64,000 nucleotides of DNA from an uncultured Verrucomicrobiae bacterium (GCA_963702845.1 OY969763.1:5600001-5664000), one strand, 5' to 3'; numbered from the stretch's first letter, positions 30,902-41,874 are shown. The notes: generated from the sequence alone by a model not told the origin. Translations and numbers: made by a program.

Positions 30902-32142
30902 TTACTTGTTAGTTGCCGTCGTCCAAACCGGCGCCAGCCACGCCACTGGCTGCTTTGGATTCGCTTTCGGAACATCGCCGCCACCAGCACTCCACACCCG
31001 TACAAAAAATAGCGCGCGTTCGCATCCTGAATGGTCGGGCTCCAATGCACTGCAAAGGTTGGTTCGGGGCTGAAACTTTTCACAACCTTCCCGCCGTCCT
31101 TTACGATATCGATTTTCGTGATCTTATCCTTTGCACGCGTCGTGTCTGGATCGCTCACTTCAATCTCAAACTGAAAACTGTTCGACTTGTCGAGGGTCGA
31201 GCCCATGATCGCGCCGTTCACGGTATAACGACATTGGATGTTGCGATCCAGTGCCGCATATGTGCGCCGGTTTTTCATCCCGTCCAGAATCGCCGCCTTC
31301 GTTTTATTGGTCGCTAACACAAACGTCCGCGACACCAGGCTGACGATTCCCTCCGTGCCATGGTTGTCATGCCCGCACACCGGAGAAACTTTCCAGCCAT
31401 GATCCAGCGCAGCAATAAAGCCCGCGTAATGAATGTGGTCCTGCCCGTTGATCACCTCCAACATCGTGATTACATCGGTTACCGCGTTGTCGCGATGCGA
31501 CCAATTGTCGTATTGATGCTCGCCCGGATGATTAAACGTCGCGACCACCGGCCCGTCGCCATTCGGTTTCGCCGTCGCCAGCCATTTATATAAGAACGGC
31601 AGATCAACACCCGGGGAAAACGCATTCAAGTAAGCCGCCGAATTGATGACGTTGATGTGTCCCTTGCCGCCGGGTCCGTTGTTCTCCGAGTGCTCATAAC
31701 CGGCGATCGCTACAAAATCACAGTCCGTCGCCTCTTGTGCCTGCCGTTTCGTCGCGGTCCATGCTGCGTTCGTAGGACTGACGGGGTGAAAGGGCGTGTC
31801 TTGCGAATGATCGCTGGTGACGTAAAAATCGTAACCATTCTTTCTCGCAATCGCGTAATGAACCGACGGCGGTCCTTGAACTTTCTGCCAGTCGGGTCGC
31901 AGGACCATGTTTTTTGTCGCTGTCTGCACGCCGTCTTTCGAAACCTGGACTAAAGACTCCTTCGGGCCCGGCGCCGTGTTCTTGGCCCGCTTGAATTGCG
32001 CCCCGTGCGACGTCGTAAAGGAGGTATGCGCATGTGTGCTCCCCACGTAAATCTGGTAAGCGGTAATGGGCAAATTCGTCTGTCCGGCGGATAACTGGAC
32101 GCCCACAACACACGCCAGAAAAACAAAAACAATTCTAATCAC
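30902..32142 (-). CDS. Secreted PHP / CehA-McbA-like metallohydrolase (apparent frameshift in the homopolymer at 31004-31009)
   Basis: HAHTS, TSDH, GYE, GHIN, FNHPG, GHDNH. Adding one T gives YFFVRVW...AWLAPVW and a stop at 30902. Confidence 0.8.
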
Positions 32143-32235
32143 GACTATTGAGACGAAAGCATAGACTGCTTGGTTGCGAAACTATGTGGTCGGATCGAAA
32201 AACTCGGAGAAGCCGAGTCGAAAGCGAGTGAAAAG

Positions 32236-32311
<76 letters not shown>

Positions 32312-32630
32312 CCGGTCGTTGAAGTCTACGAGTCAAAATTCAAACTGCAAGGAGCAAAGTAAGTTGCGCGATTCGTCGCGAGTTCGGAAAAACGAATTAC
32401 CGACCTCATTGACGGAAAAAACGAAAACACCCGTTCACCGCTCGCGCGGCTCCGTCGAGCCCGGTTATTGCTTCCCATTGAACTTGCGGTTGACAATTTA
32501 TACTGTTTACAACCAGTGACTTGCGTCAAAAACGGCCTTTTCCCTGTTGACGGTGCGTTCAACCGGCCCGTAAGCTATATTCTTATAGCGGCGTGGCTTG
32601 CCCAATTGCAGTTGCTGCCGCGATAATTTT

Positions 32631-32846
32631 ATGTCTGAAGGATACTGTGTTAAATGCAAGGCGAAGAAAGAGATCTCTGACGGCAAAGAAGAGATCATGA
32701 AGAACGGTCGCAGGGCCATCAAAGGCAAATGCCCCACTTGTGGCACCGTTATGTTTAAAATTTTGGGTGGCAAAGCCACTCCGGCACCGGCTGCGGCTCC
32801 GGCACCGGCAGTCGTAGATAACAAAACTGGAAACGTGCCGAGCTGA
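32631..32846 (+). CDS. Small basic zinc-ribbon protein (DUF5679-like)
   Basis: YCVKCK...KNGR.A.KGKCPTCGT.MFKI plus Ala/Pro tail. Confidence 0.8.
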   Translation: MSEGYCVKCKAKKEISDGKEEIMKNGRRAIKGKCPTCGTVMFKILGGKATPAPAAAPAPAVVDNKTGNVPS

Positions 32847-32869
32847 ACGAACGAATTTTACCGATCGAT

Positions 32870-34043
32870 ATGTCCCAACAACTGGCTTACGTCATCATTA
32901 CACCTTACACGCTGCACAAGTCCCGCACTGGCGGGATCCTGGCACGTTTGATCACCCGCACCGGTCTCGAACTCGTCGGCGCGCGCATGTTTTCGCCCAG
33001 CGCGGAGCTAGTGAAGCAATATTCCGAAGTCATCATTTCCGCCAACGACCCGCAGGATCGCAAAATCCAGGAACTGATTCGCGATTACATCCTGCAAAAT
33101 CTTTCGCCCGATCCGAAGACCGGCAAGCGTCGCCGCGTCATGATGCTTTTGTTCCGGGGCGAAGAAGCCGTCCGCAAAGTCCGCAGCGTCATCGGCAACA
33201 TCAGCGCCGAGCGTCGTGGTGGCGAAACAATTCGCGATACCTACGGCGACCTTATCATCGACGAGCAGGGCAGCGTGAAATACTTCGAGCCCGCCGTCCT
33301 TGCCGCTCCGAACGTCGAAGAAGCCGAAGTGAAGCTTAAGCTTTGGGCCAAGTTTTCCGATGCCGACGGCGGCCTCGACTGATAAGACCTTGACCTATCT
33401 CCCTGAGGAGAAACCGCAGCGCACCCTGGTGCTCATCAAGCCGGACAACTTCCGTTTCGCCACCGGCCGTCCGGGTAACGTCATCGATTTCTTGTCCCGC
33501 ACCGGCCTCTACATCATCGGCATCAAAGTGCTGCGCATGAGCGTCGCCGACGCCGTGGATTTCTACGGCCCCGTCCGCGAAGTCCTGCGCACCAAGTTGA
33601 AAGACATGGTCGCCTCCAAATCGAAGGTTGCGTTGGAAAAAGAATTTGGTTTCAAAATCAGCGCGAACGAGGAAAAGCAACTCGGCGACATCCTCGGGCC
33701 TGTTTTCGGCGACAACCAATTCGAGAACATCGTCAAATTCATGTCCGGCCGCGCCCCGAGCGAAACCGACGAAGCCGGTCAGAAAAAGCCCGGCACCGAA
33801 AAGTGCATCGCGTTGATCTACGAAGGCGTCGAAGCCGTCCGCAAAATCCGCGACGTCCTCGGGCCGACCGATCCGTCGAAAGCGCCTCCGGGTTCCATCC
33901 GTAAAGAATTCGGTTCGAACATCATGGTCAATGCCGCTCACGCGAGCGATTCGGAAGAAAGCTCCGCGCGCGAAATGAAGATCGTGAAAGTGGACGAGAA
34001 CAACTTTCGTCCGGTCGTCGAAGAATTCTTCGGCAAGCTCTAG
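32870..34043 (+). CDS. ndk: Two-domain nucleoside diphosphate kinase (apparent +1 frameshift near 33378)
   Basis: The C-domain has TLVLIKPD, GPTDP..APPGSIR.EFG and NAAHASDS. The N-domain is NDK-like but lacks the catalytic His motif, and the second ORF has no convincing own start. Confidence 0.85.
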
Positions 34044-34060
34044 TTGTTGAATCAAATCTC

Positions 34061-34099
34061 AGCGCGCGTCTTTCTTTGAGGGACGCGCGCTTTTGTTTT
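34061..34099 (+). terminator. Intrinsic terminator
   Basis: AGCGCGCGTC...GACGCGCGCT followed by TTTGTTTT. Confidence 0.75.
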
Positions 34100-34203
34100 G
34101 TTCCAATAGCTCTTGAGCCATTGGAAAAGAGTAATGCAGGAACCTCGCGAGCAAGTTCGCTTACTTTAGCCTTCAGCCTTCAGCGTTTTGCCTTTTGGAA
34201 AGG

Positions 34204-34279
34204 TGGGGTGGCCGACGGGACTCGAACCCGCAACAACCAGAACCACAATCTGGGGATCTACCATTGATCTACGACCACC
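34204..34279 (-). tRNA. tRNA-His(GTG)
   Basis: Cloverleaf with G-1, anticodon loop TTGTGGT, GGTTCGAGTCC and encoded CCA. Confidence 0.96.
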
Positions 34280-34329
34280 AACCAAGGCCGAACAAGGTAT
34301 GTTTCCCGCACCCCATCGTCAAGCCCGTC

Positions 34330-35067
34330 CTACCAATCAAAAACGGTAATCGCGTCGAGATCTTTCAGTTTATCGCCAACTTTGATCTTCGGCGTCGTCC
34401 GCCCGTCATAATCCAAGACGCGGTGTCGCCCACCTTTCTCGACCGTGAAAAACAACGGATCGACGATGGCCGATAGAAAAAAGCTCGACGGCTCCATCTT
34501 GATGAGGATCACGGGCAGGCCCCTCGCCGTCGTTTCGCCCACCTTCATAAACTGAATTCCGACGGTTTCCGCACGCGACAAAGCGATGTAGCGGCACTTT
34601 ACAGCTTTCCCGCTCATCAGTTCATTCCAATGCGCGACCAGGCATGGATTGACCATGTCATTACTAACTGTGTCCGCTGTAAACGTCTCACTGCCCGTTT
34701 TGTGTTTGGTGCCGGAAACATAGTCGAAAACAATCTTCGTCTCGTCGCCCTCGCGCACTACTTTCGCTGAACCCCTGCCGTCGGCCTGCAAATCGTCCAC
34801 CTCGCACGAAACCAATTGGTCGCCTTGATAAGTCACACGTTCCCGTGCGGCAACCTTGCCCTGTGGCGTGGTGAATTCGCGCGCGACCTTTACCAAATTG
34901 CCGGCCTCGCTGAAAGTTCGCGTGAGCTTATAAAGCACAACTTTGCGATTCGAGTTGCGCGCGTAAATTGTCGCCGTCCGAAACTCCGGTTGCTCGTATT
35001 TTGACGTCTTTTCGTCGGCAACCACGGTCCATGCAACTATCAACAGCAATACCATCACAAATCTCAT
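34330..35067 (-). CDS. Secreted hypothetical protein
   Basis: Signal peptide [17 protein letters not shown]; beta-rich body. Confidence 0.7.
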   Translation of the reverse strand: MRFVMVLLLIVAWTVVADEKTSKYEQPEFRTATIYARNSNRKVVLYKLTRTFSEAGNLVKVAREFTTPQGKVAARERVTYQGDQLVSCEVDDLQADGRGSAKVVREGDETKIVFDYVSGTKHKTGSETFTADTVSNDMVNPCLVAHWNELMSGKAVKCRYIALSRAETVGIQFMKVGETTARGLPVILIKMEPSSFFLSAIVDPLFFTVEKGGRHRVLDYDGRTTPKIKVGDKLKDLDAITVFDW

Positions 35068-35171
35068 CGCTGTTTCAATCGGCCATTTTGGCAATCATTG
35101 CAATCGAAAATCGCCCCTGTTTGCTTGTAATGGAGAACCACCTGTCGCAAATTGGGAATACCGCTCCTGTT

Positions 35172-36059
35172 ATGACAGTGCCCAAACGTGTTTCGAGCCG
35201 AGCCCCGTCCGGCTTCACCCTCATCGAACTTCTGGTCGTAATCGCCATCATCGCGATCCTTGCCTCGATGCTGTTGCCCGCACTCGGCCGCGCCAAAGAC
35301 AAAGCCAAGCGCATTGCCTGCCTCAACGACACCAAGCAAATGGGCATCGGCAGCCAGCTTTACGCCGATGACGATTATCGCGGTGCATTGACCGGCGTCG
35401 GCAACTTCATCGACGACGATTTGAATTGGCTCTACCCGAGCTATGTTAAGAACCTCAAAACGTTCATTTGTCCCGGCACCCAGAACGTCATCGCCAACAA
35501 ACCAACTCCTTGTCAGGGCTTCGGCGACCCCAACAACGGCACCGGCCTCTCGCCGAATCCGGGTCCTGCGGTGCCGTTCTATTCGGCGAACCGCAGCGTT
35601 CCGGACCGCATGCACGAGTATCCTAACTACATCACGCAACTTTCGGACAACGCGTTAAAGGGGCGCGAAGACAAGACCGGCGGACACAGCTATGAAGTTG
35701 GTGGATTCTTGCACGCTCAATCGTTGACTGGGCCGGTTGGGACCCGCAAAACGCAACGCTCTGTCGTCGGCTACACCTATCAACTCAACTACACCGTTTA
35801 TCCTCAGTACAACGTCTTCAACACGCGCGCGGGCGCTTCGGATATTTGGTTGATGTACGATGCTGATGACGGCGATCCGGCCGACCCGACCCGATTGAAC
35901 GAAGACTTTCCTGACCAGGGCGATAATCACGGAATTCTCGGCGGCAACGTTATTTTCGCGGACGGTCACGCGCAATGGGTGACCCGCAAGCAGTATCTGC
36001 CATCGTTCATCCGGGGTTGCGACGAAAATCACGGCGCGATTATCGGCGGTCTGCCTTGA
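35172..36059 (+). CDS. Prepilin-type N-terminal cleavage/methylation protein with H-X9-DG-like C-terminus
   Basis: [52 protein letters not shown]. Confidence 0.9.
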   Translation: MTVPKRVSSRAPSGFTLIELLVVIAIIAILASMLLPALGRAKDKAKRIACLNDTKQMGIGSQLYADDDYRGALTGVGNFIDDDLNWLYPSYVKNLKTFICPGTQNVIANKPTPCQGFGDPNNGTGLSPNPGPAVPFYSANRSVPDRMHEYPNYITQLSDNALKGREDKTGGHSYEVGGFLHAQSLTGPVGTRKTQRSVVGYTYQLNYTVYPQYNVFNTRAGASDIWLMYDADDGDPADPTRLNEDFPDQGDNHGILGGNVIFADGHAQWVTRKQYLPSFIRGCDENHGAIIGGLP

Positions 36060-36060
36060 G

Positions 36061-36240
36061 GGTAGGGCGCCTGCTCCGCGCGCGCCGGTTCGTTGAACGT
36101 TCGATATTGGACGTTGGAAGTTCGACGTCGTCTTCCTCTGCAGTGCTATCTGCAAAAGTTGCGCACTTTTTGCAAAGCTTTTCCAAATGGCTATCGGTTT
36201 CGCTTTTGGCTCTCGACTTTCGACCTTCGACCCTTCGACT
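36061..36240. repeat. GTAG-type REP-like hairpin plus heptamer repeat tracts
   Basis: GGTAGGGCGC..GCGCC; TTGAACG/TTCGATA/TTGGACG/TTGGAAG/TTCGACG; CTCGACT/TTCGACC/TTCGACC/CTTCGACT. Confidence 0.65.
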
Positions 36241-36287
36241 TGCGTTGCGGCTTGGCCGCGCTGCGCCGCAGTGGTGAGTTCAGCTCC

Positions 36288-37583
36288 CTAGTAGTACTTG
36301 TTCCGGTAGTAGGTGATCTTCAACTGCTCATCTGGCGGATACATCGCCGAGAACGCGTCGACCATATCGGGAATTCTCATCAACATCCACGGCGACAGAT
36401 AATGCCCGCCGTTCTTGGTGTAAACGATGTTGTCCGCGACATAGACCGACGAGTGGATGATCTCGCCGTTCGGCTTGGAGAGAAACACCAGGTCGCCGTA
36501 GCGAGCATCGGTGAAAACCGGGTAATAATCGGTTTCCAACGTCTTGCGCACCACCGCCGCATTTGTAAACGCGTTGTCTGGAGGGTCCTTGAAAAAGTTA
36601 AACGACGTCCAATGACAGTTGTCGTGCTCGAGCGGTTCCATCGACGGAAACGCGAACGTGTAAAGCCGTGATGACGGCGCGGGCGGCAACAAGTTGATTA
36701 AAGAAATGCGCGCTCCGCCGGGAACTTTCGTCAGCGATTCGAACAATGGCCGTAAATCTTTCTCCAGGCCGGCGTGTCCCCAATATTTTAACAACTCGTC
36801 CACATTCGAGTTCGCGTCGATGGACAATTTCAAGAGCAACGTCGACCGGCGCGAGACCGCTTTTGCTAAACGCCGCTTGTCATCGTAGGTCTGCAGCTTG
36901 CGCAACACCAAAGGCAGGTCCGCAAAAAACTGCAGCTTGCCGTGCGGGTAACAAAGTTGTTTCACCAACGCGATCGTCTCGTCCGACACCCCGCTCTTGT
37001 CGAAGAACGTCTTCATGTCATCCGACGGGAAGAAGAACACGTCTTGTTGCGACGAATTTTCCTGCCATTGCCCAAGCATTTTGTAGATGGCCTCGCGCGC
37101 CGGCGGACGCAGCGAAATGATCGTATCCATCGGTGCGGTTACGAACACGCCGTTCTGCACGGTGTCCCACTTTGCATTCGCAAGCTGGCTGTGCTCAGAC
37201 GCCGTGATGCCGGCGCGGTCCAGAAGCGCGAGGGCCGTGTCGCGATTCATGCCGCCGAAGAACCAGCGCGAGTCAGTCGATTCAAACGCCTGGATCGACA
37301 GAAACTCTTCCGGCGTTTCGATCTTGATCGGAATGTATTCCAGTTTTCCCCATGGACCTGGGTTACAAGGCGTGGCTCCTTCCGAGGAGGCTCTGGCGCT
37401 CCCTGAGTCGGTGAGGTGGCGCCAATCGTACTTCGCCAGAAAAAATCCGGCGGCGATGAAGTAAGGGATGATCAGCACCAACAGCAGCACCAACAAACCT
37501 TTACGAGGAATCTCGATGTGGATGCGGCATCCGCCGGAACCAGCGTCTGCTTTCTTACGTTCGTTGGACTGACTTTTAACCAT
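36288..37583 (-). CDS. Membrane-anchored hypothetical protein with candidate Cys-His catalytic C-terminus
   Basis: N-terminal TM; DNCHWTS...IIHSSVY..YTKNG. Confidence 0.7.
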   Translation of the reverse strand: MVKSQSNERKKADAGSGGCRIHIEIPRKGLLVLLLVLIIPYFIAAGFFLAKYDWRHLTDSGSARASSEGATPCNPGPWGKLEYIPIKIETPEEFLSIQAFESTDSRWFFGGMNRDTALALLDRAGITASEHSQLANAKWDTVQNGVFVTAPMDTIISLRPPAREAIYKMLGQWQENSSQQDVFFFPSDDMKTFFDKSGVSDETIALVKQLCYPHGKLQFFADLPLVLRKLQTYDDKRRLAKAVSRRSTLLLKLSIDANSNVDELLKYWGHAGLEKDLRPLFESLTKVPGGARISLINLLPPAPSSRLYTFAFPSMEPLEHDNCHWTSFNFFKDPPDNAFTNAAVVRKTLETDYYPVFTDARYGDLVFLSKPNGEIIHSSVYVADNIVYTKNGGHYLSPWMLMRIPDMVDAFSAMYPPDEQLKITYYRNKYY

Positions 37584-37655
37584 CTTCTCTTGGCGACGAA
37601 AAAAGCAGGGTAGCTACCACCTCACGCCGCCACAAGGGAAAACCCTACCAGCTTT

Positions 37656-37721
37656 GTAGCCGCCGACGTAAGTCGGCGGATTCGCAACGCGCCCTCGACC
37701 TTCGACTATCGACCCTCGACC
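37656..37721. repeat. REP-like hairpin plus TCGAC heptamer tract
   Basis: GTAG-CCGCCGAC-GTAA-GTCGGCGG; CCTCGAC/CTTCGAC/TATCGAC/CCTCGAC. Confidence 0.65.
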
Positions 37722-38240
37722 TTATTTCGCCCCTTGATCAATCCACGCGCGCAACACACCGACTTGTTCCGCCGTCAACGGCTTTGGCGGAGTGAAATTG
37801 TGTCCACCAGGGCCACCTTGGCCATTCGGACGAGCTTGGCCATTTTGACCAGCACCACCACCGGGACCACCAGGCCCGCGATTCTTGCGTTTCGGCGGCA
37901 TCGCGACGTCCTCGTTCACTTGCGCGGCGGCGGCGACCATCAAGCTTTTCTTACTGTCACCGGGCACGACGATCTTGCCGTCGTCACCACCTTTGAGAAT
38001 GGCTTCTTTACTGTCGAGGCGCAGATGCGCTTTCGGCCGTTCGGAGCCGTGACAGCGGACGCAGGAGGCCTTCAACAGCGGCGCGACATCCTTTTCGTAG
38101 GCCAGGCCTGTTTTGTCGGACGCAGGCGGCAACTTGCTCACGTCAATTTTCGAAATGTCCCAGGCCTCATCATGCTCAGCGGCGAAATTCGATGTGGCGG
38201 CCGCAATCAACAGACCGATCGTCAAAAATGTCTTCTTCAT
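37722..38240 (-). CDS. Planctomycete-type cytochrome c domain protein
   Basis: Signal peptide, YEKDVAPLL..SCVRCHG, LRLD, VVPGDSKKS, MPP, WIDQGAK. Confidence 0.88.
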   Translation of the reverse strand: MKKTFLTIGLLIAAATSNFAAEHDEAWDISKIDVSKLPPASDKTGLAYEKDVAPLLKASCVRCHGSERPKAHLRLDSKEAILKGGDDGKIVVPGDSKKSLMVAAAAQVNEDVAMPPKRKNRGPGGPGGGAGQNGQARPNGQGGPGGHNFTPPKPLTAEQVGVLRAWIDQGAK

Positions 38241-38432
38241 AAACTTAGTAAGCTGCGTATTGAGAGTTATTTAAGCACAACATGCGTTGTAAATCAAACA
38301 GCAACCGGTAACGCCGACTGGCAGTCGGCTGTATCGCTCGCCGTCCTCTTCCCACTGTGCCTCTTGCGAACCGGACGTTCCGGTGCCTCTGTGGTGAATC
38401 CTCCCACCTTGGTGTTCTTGGTGCCTTGGTGG

Positions 38433-39284
38433 TTAATTTCCCACAAACTCCAACTCCATCCGCTTCGGAATCAGCCCCGCCTCAAACGCCTGCCCGAGAA
38501 ACCTTCGGATCGCCTCGCGCCCCTTATCGCCATAATCCAGCGTCCAATGATTCACATACATCCCGACAAACTGATCCGCGAGCTCCTTGCCCATGTCGCG
38601 CGCATACTGCAACGCGTGCTGCACCGCTTCCGCGCGATGATCCAGGCTGTATTGAATACTGTTGGTGAGAATGTTCGAAATCGCGCGACGCTCCGCCACC
38701 GGAAACCGTTTATGAATCACATTACCGCCGAGCGGCAACGGCAACCCATCGTTGTTGCTCTTGAACCACGCGCCAAGATCCTCGCAAAGCTCCAGCCCTT
38801 CGTTTTTAAAAGTGAGCTGGCCTTCGTGAATGATGAGGCCGACTTCGGCTTGGCCGGCGCGAACCGCCGCAAAAATCTGGTCAAACGGAACGACGACGTA
38901 ATTGATATCCTTAGCCGGTTTGCCGAGCCAAAGTTGCAACGCCAGAAACGCACTCGTCATCGTGCCGGGCACCGCGATTTTTTTCGTAGCGATCTCCGCT
39001 TTCGAAAACTTCTGTTTCGCCACCAACATCGGGCCGTAACCATCGCCCATGCTCGCCCCGCTCGGCAGCAGCGCGTATTTATCGCTCACATACGCGTAGG
39101 CATGGATGCTGATCGCCGTCACATCCAGCTCCCCGCGCGTGGCCCGTTCATTGAGCGTCTGGATATCCTGAAGAATGTGTTCGAATTTATATCCACCGGC
39201 GGCAATGCGATCCTTGGCCAACCCAAAAAACATAAAAGCATCATCCGGATCCGGCGAATGCCCTAGAGTTATCACTTGCGACAT
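38433..39284 (-). CDS. mqnD: 1,4-dihydroxy-6-naphthoate synthase (futalosine menaquinone pathway)
   Basis: LGHSPDPDDAFMF, DIQTLNERA, GDGYGP, IIHEGQ, LPLPLG, MYVN. Confidence 0.88.
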   Translation of the reverse strand: MSQVITLGHSPDPDDAFMFFGLAKDRIAAGGYKFEHILQDIQTLNERATRGELDVTAISIHAYAYVSDKYALLPSGASMGDGYGPMLVAKQKFSKAEIATKKIAVPGTMTSAFLALQLWLGKPAKDINYVVVPFDQIFAAVRAGQAEVGLIIHEGQLTFKNEGLELCEDLGAWFKSNNDGLPLPLGGNVIHKRFPVAERRAISNILTNSIQYSLDHRAEAVQHALQYARDMGKELADQFVGMYVNHWTLDYGDKGREAIRRFLGQAFEAGLIPKRMELEFVGN

Positions 39285-39297
39285 AAAGGCAAAATTA

Positions 39298-39595
39298 GGT
39301 AGGGACGACCGGCTCGGTCGTCCGCTGCCGCCAGTCTGAGGCCGGCGAGTGGAAGTTTCAAGTTTCCTCCCGAACGCTTCGCATCGGATTAAGCGTCGAT
39401 ACGGCGAAGCTTTTGGAGTGCGCCAGTCCCCTGGCGCTTTTTTGAACGGACTAACATTCGGTCCGGCATCGAAGTCGTCCAATAGCGAATGCCACGACGC
39501 GACCTTTGTCCATTCGGGACTTATTCAATCCCGATTCCTTACCCGGCGTTTCAACGCCGGGCTGCATCTGTTGTGCCTTCGGCACAGAACGTTTC
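39298..39595. repeat. Cluster of REP-like hairpins
   Basis: GGTAG-GGACGACCG-GCT-CGGTCGTCC; GGAGTGCGCCAG..CTGGCGC; CCCGGCG-TTTCAA-CGCCGGG; GTGCC-TTC-GGCAC. Confidence 0.6.
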
Positions 39596-39652
39596 CCTCG
39601 CCAAGTAACGTATTGAAACCAACCACGCCCCGCCACATCCTGCGCGACGGGC

Positions 39653-40312
39653 ATGGAATCCAATCCGCAAAACGACACACATTCGAAACGGCGCAAGAAA
39701 CTCATCCTCGTTCTCTCCCTGTTCATCGTCGCGTTGATGGCGGTGGCGGTGGCCATGATTTTCGACGCGGACGACTCGTCTTCACCCATCCAATTCACGG
39801 TGGCACCCTTGCGCTCACCAGATGTTCTCAAGCCGACTTTTAACATCACCAACCTTTGCGACAGAGGCGTGCTATTAAACCTGCGTTTGGAATGTCAGAC
39901 CAATGGCCAATGGGTCGCCTGGCCGTTTCAAGCGCCCGATGCGGGCACCATATGGTCGAGCATCCAGCTCTCAAAGTGGAAAGTGATGCTCAAAAAGCAC
40001 GATGTCACTTCGACCCTTCCTTTCGAGGCTCCAGAAAACTCCATATCGAACCCGCTGCGTATGCACCCACTGCGTGTGCGTGGTTTTGTGGCCAGAGAAA
40101 CGGTCGGCCTGCCCAAACTCGGCGAACGTGTGCAAACCTATTTTCAATACCACAATTCAACGAATTCGTCGTTGAGGCAAATGGCGTGGAGCCCGTATTT
40201 CCGCTCGTATCCCGCGCCCGCGGAATTCGTCACCTCGCCCTTCTATATGACCAACGCTCCAACGACCTTGACCATCACCATGGGCGAAAAATTGTACGTC
40301 AATAAACCCTAG
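39653..40312 (+). CDS. Membrane-anchored hypothetical protein
   Basis: Basic patch plus N-terminal TM; 219-aa ORF. Confidence 0.6.
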   Translation: MESNPQNDTHSKRRKKLILVLSLFIVALMAVAVAMIFDADDSSSPIQFTVAPLRSPDVLKPTFNITNLCDRGVLLNLRLECQTNGQWVAWPFQAPDAGTIWSSIQLSKWKVMLKKHDVTSTLPFEAPENSISNPLRMHPLRVRGFVARETVGLPKLGERVQTYFQYHNSTNSSLRQMAWSPYFRSYPAPAEFVTSPFYMTNAPTTLTITMGEKLYVNKP

Positions 40313-40407
40313 CAATGAAGTAGCACCAAGCGCCTGCGCTCGCCCCTTCCAAAACCGTCCGTCAATTATAATAGACCCTCACAAACGCTGCCCATACGAT
40401 AAGCTTC

Positions 40408-40500
40408 GTGTCAGGATTCTTCCTCATTTGCTTCACCTTATGCTGGTCTGCCGGAGCGCTGTTCTTTGATGGTCTTATCGTTCGCTCCAACTACAAGCTT
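40408..40500 (+). pseudogene. Truncated 5' remnant of a paralog of the downstream DUF3592-like gene
   Basis: SAGALFFDGLIVRSNYK aligns with SAIVLFFDGHVAYSAYK; the upstream ~75 bp are also duplicated. Confidence 0.6.
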
Positions 40501-40591
40501 CGGGACGTGAACCACCCCTGCGCTCGATCTCTTCCAAAATCCTCCGCCATTTATAATAGACCCGACCAAGGGCGGCTCCTACGATGGGATC

Positions 40592-41641
40592 GTGCCGGTT
40601 TTAGTTGCATTATTTTTGTCTGCAATTGTGCTGTTTTTCGACGGACACGTCGCTTACAGCGCGTACAAACAGCATGAAGCTGCCTCCTACCAGACAGTGA
40701 CGGGTACCATCACGCATAGCATCGTTAGCGCCCGGCGCGGTTCCAAAGGCGGCACCACCTATTCAGCGGATATCGGTTACAGTTACCAGGTCGGTGAGCA
40801 AAAGTATTTCGGACAGAAAGTGCGCTTTGGCTTCAACATGGACGATCGTTCTCATGCTTATCAAATCGTGCACAGCCATCCGCCGGGCTCCGAGGCCACG
40901 GTTTATTACAATACCATGAATCCGGATGAAGCCATCCTTGAACCCGGATTCGACGGCAGCGACCTGATGATTGTACTGATTCTCACGCCCTTTAACGCGC
41001 TGATGATTTGGCTCTGCGGCAGGGCGATCGATTGGTTACGCGCCAGGAAGTTCCACCCCATTGCCGGGGGCGCAAAACTGATTTTCGATGACCTGACCAT
41101 CCGCGCGCGCCTGCCGCGATATGGACCCTTGGTGTGGGGCCTCGTCGCCACTGGCGGGCTTGGCTTGATTTCATTTTTTGTGCTAGAGGGTTTCATCGGC
41201 ATGCACCCGAGCTGGACGGTTGGGACCTCGGTAATTGCCGGAGTTTACGCGGCGGGTGTGATCGCTTATTTCTGGCAATGGCGCGTCGTGTCTTCAGGCG
41301 CGGACGATCTGGTCATCAACAAATATACCCGGACGTTGTCGCTGCCGACGACCTTCGGCCGCAAAAATCCGATTACCGTGGACATATCCGATATCCAATC
41401 CATCTGGGTGGAAACGATCGAGCACCGCGGCAGCAGAGGCGGTGCAACCTATAGTTACGCACCGACCTTGCGCCTGTTACGCAGCAACCATTCGGACCAA
41501 AAACTCGCCGACTGGCGCGATAGCTTGAGAGCCGACAACTTCGCCCAATGGCTCGGCAAAGAAATCGGCGTGGCCGTCGAACTGAGCGATCGGTCAAGCC
41601 CGACCATTGCTCCTAAATCGGGAACTGATATTGCGAAATAA
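40592..41641 (+). CDS. DUF3592-like membrane protein
   Basis: TM, VTGTITHS, YSYQVG..Y, VYYN..NPDEAIL, further TMs. Confidence 0.75.
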   Translation: MPVLVALFLSAIVLFFDGHVAYSAYKQHEAASYQTVTGTITHSIVSARRGSKGGTTYSADIGYSYQVGEQKYFGQKVRFGFNMDDRSHAYQIVHSHPPGSEATVYYNTMNPDEAILEPGFDGSDLMIVLILTPFNALMIWLCGRAIDWLRARKFHPIAGGAKLIFDDLTIRARLPRYGPLVWGLVATGGLGLISFFVLEGFIGMHPSWTVGTSVIAGVYAAGVIAYFWQWRVVSSGADDLVINKYTRTLSLPTTFGRKNPITVDISDIQSIWVETIEHRGSRGGATYSYAPTLRLLRSNHSDQKLADWRDSLRADNFAQWLGKEIGVAVELSDRSSPTIAPKSGTDIAK

Positions 41642-41846
41642 ACAGAACGCGCCGCCTCACAGCGTTTGTGATTCGAATCGAAATCCTATATTCAGTTGAC
41701 ATGGCTTCCCAGATGGAAATACGGACATTTCGTGAGTTTGTGCCTGATCCGGAACTTCGTTACTGGGCGCGCTACTCTTTCGCACATGGAAAAGGGTCGG
41801 TTCTTAGTATTGACAAGTAAAAGCCCCTTTCTCGATCGAGTGATTC

Positions 41847-41874
41847 TTGACGTCCGCAACAAAACAATTAAACT
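41847..41874 (+). promoter_or_regulatory. Putative sigma70-type promoter
   Basis: TTGACG-16 nt-TAAACT. Confidence 0.35.

Noticed and set aside
33380..33385. Selenocysteine or readthrough at the ndk TGA
   Set aside because: TGA is followed immediately by in-frame TAA, and the continuation is in another frame.
37734..39266. Long antisense ORFs (this 510-aa one, also 7842..9041, 10425..11462, 52243..53529, 63115..63783)
   Set aside because: They are shadows of well-supported opposite-strand genes in GC-rich DNA and carry no motifs.
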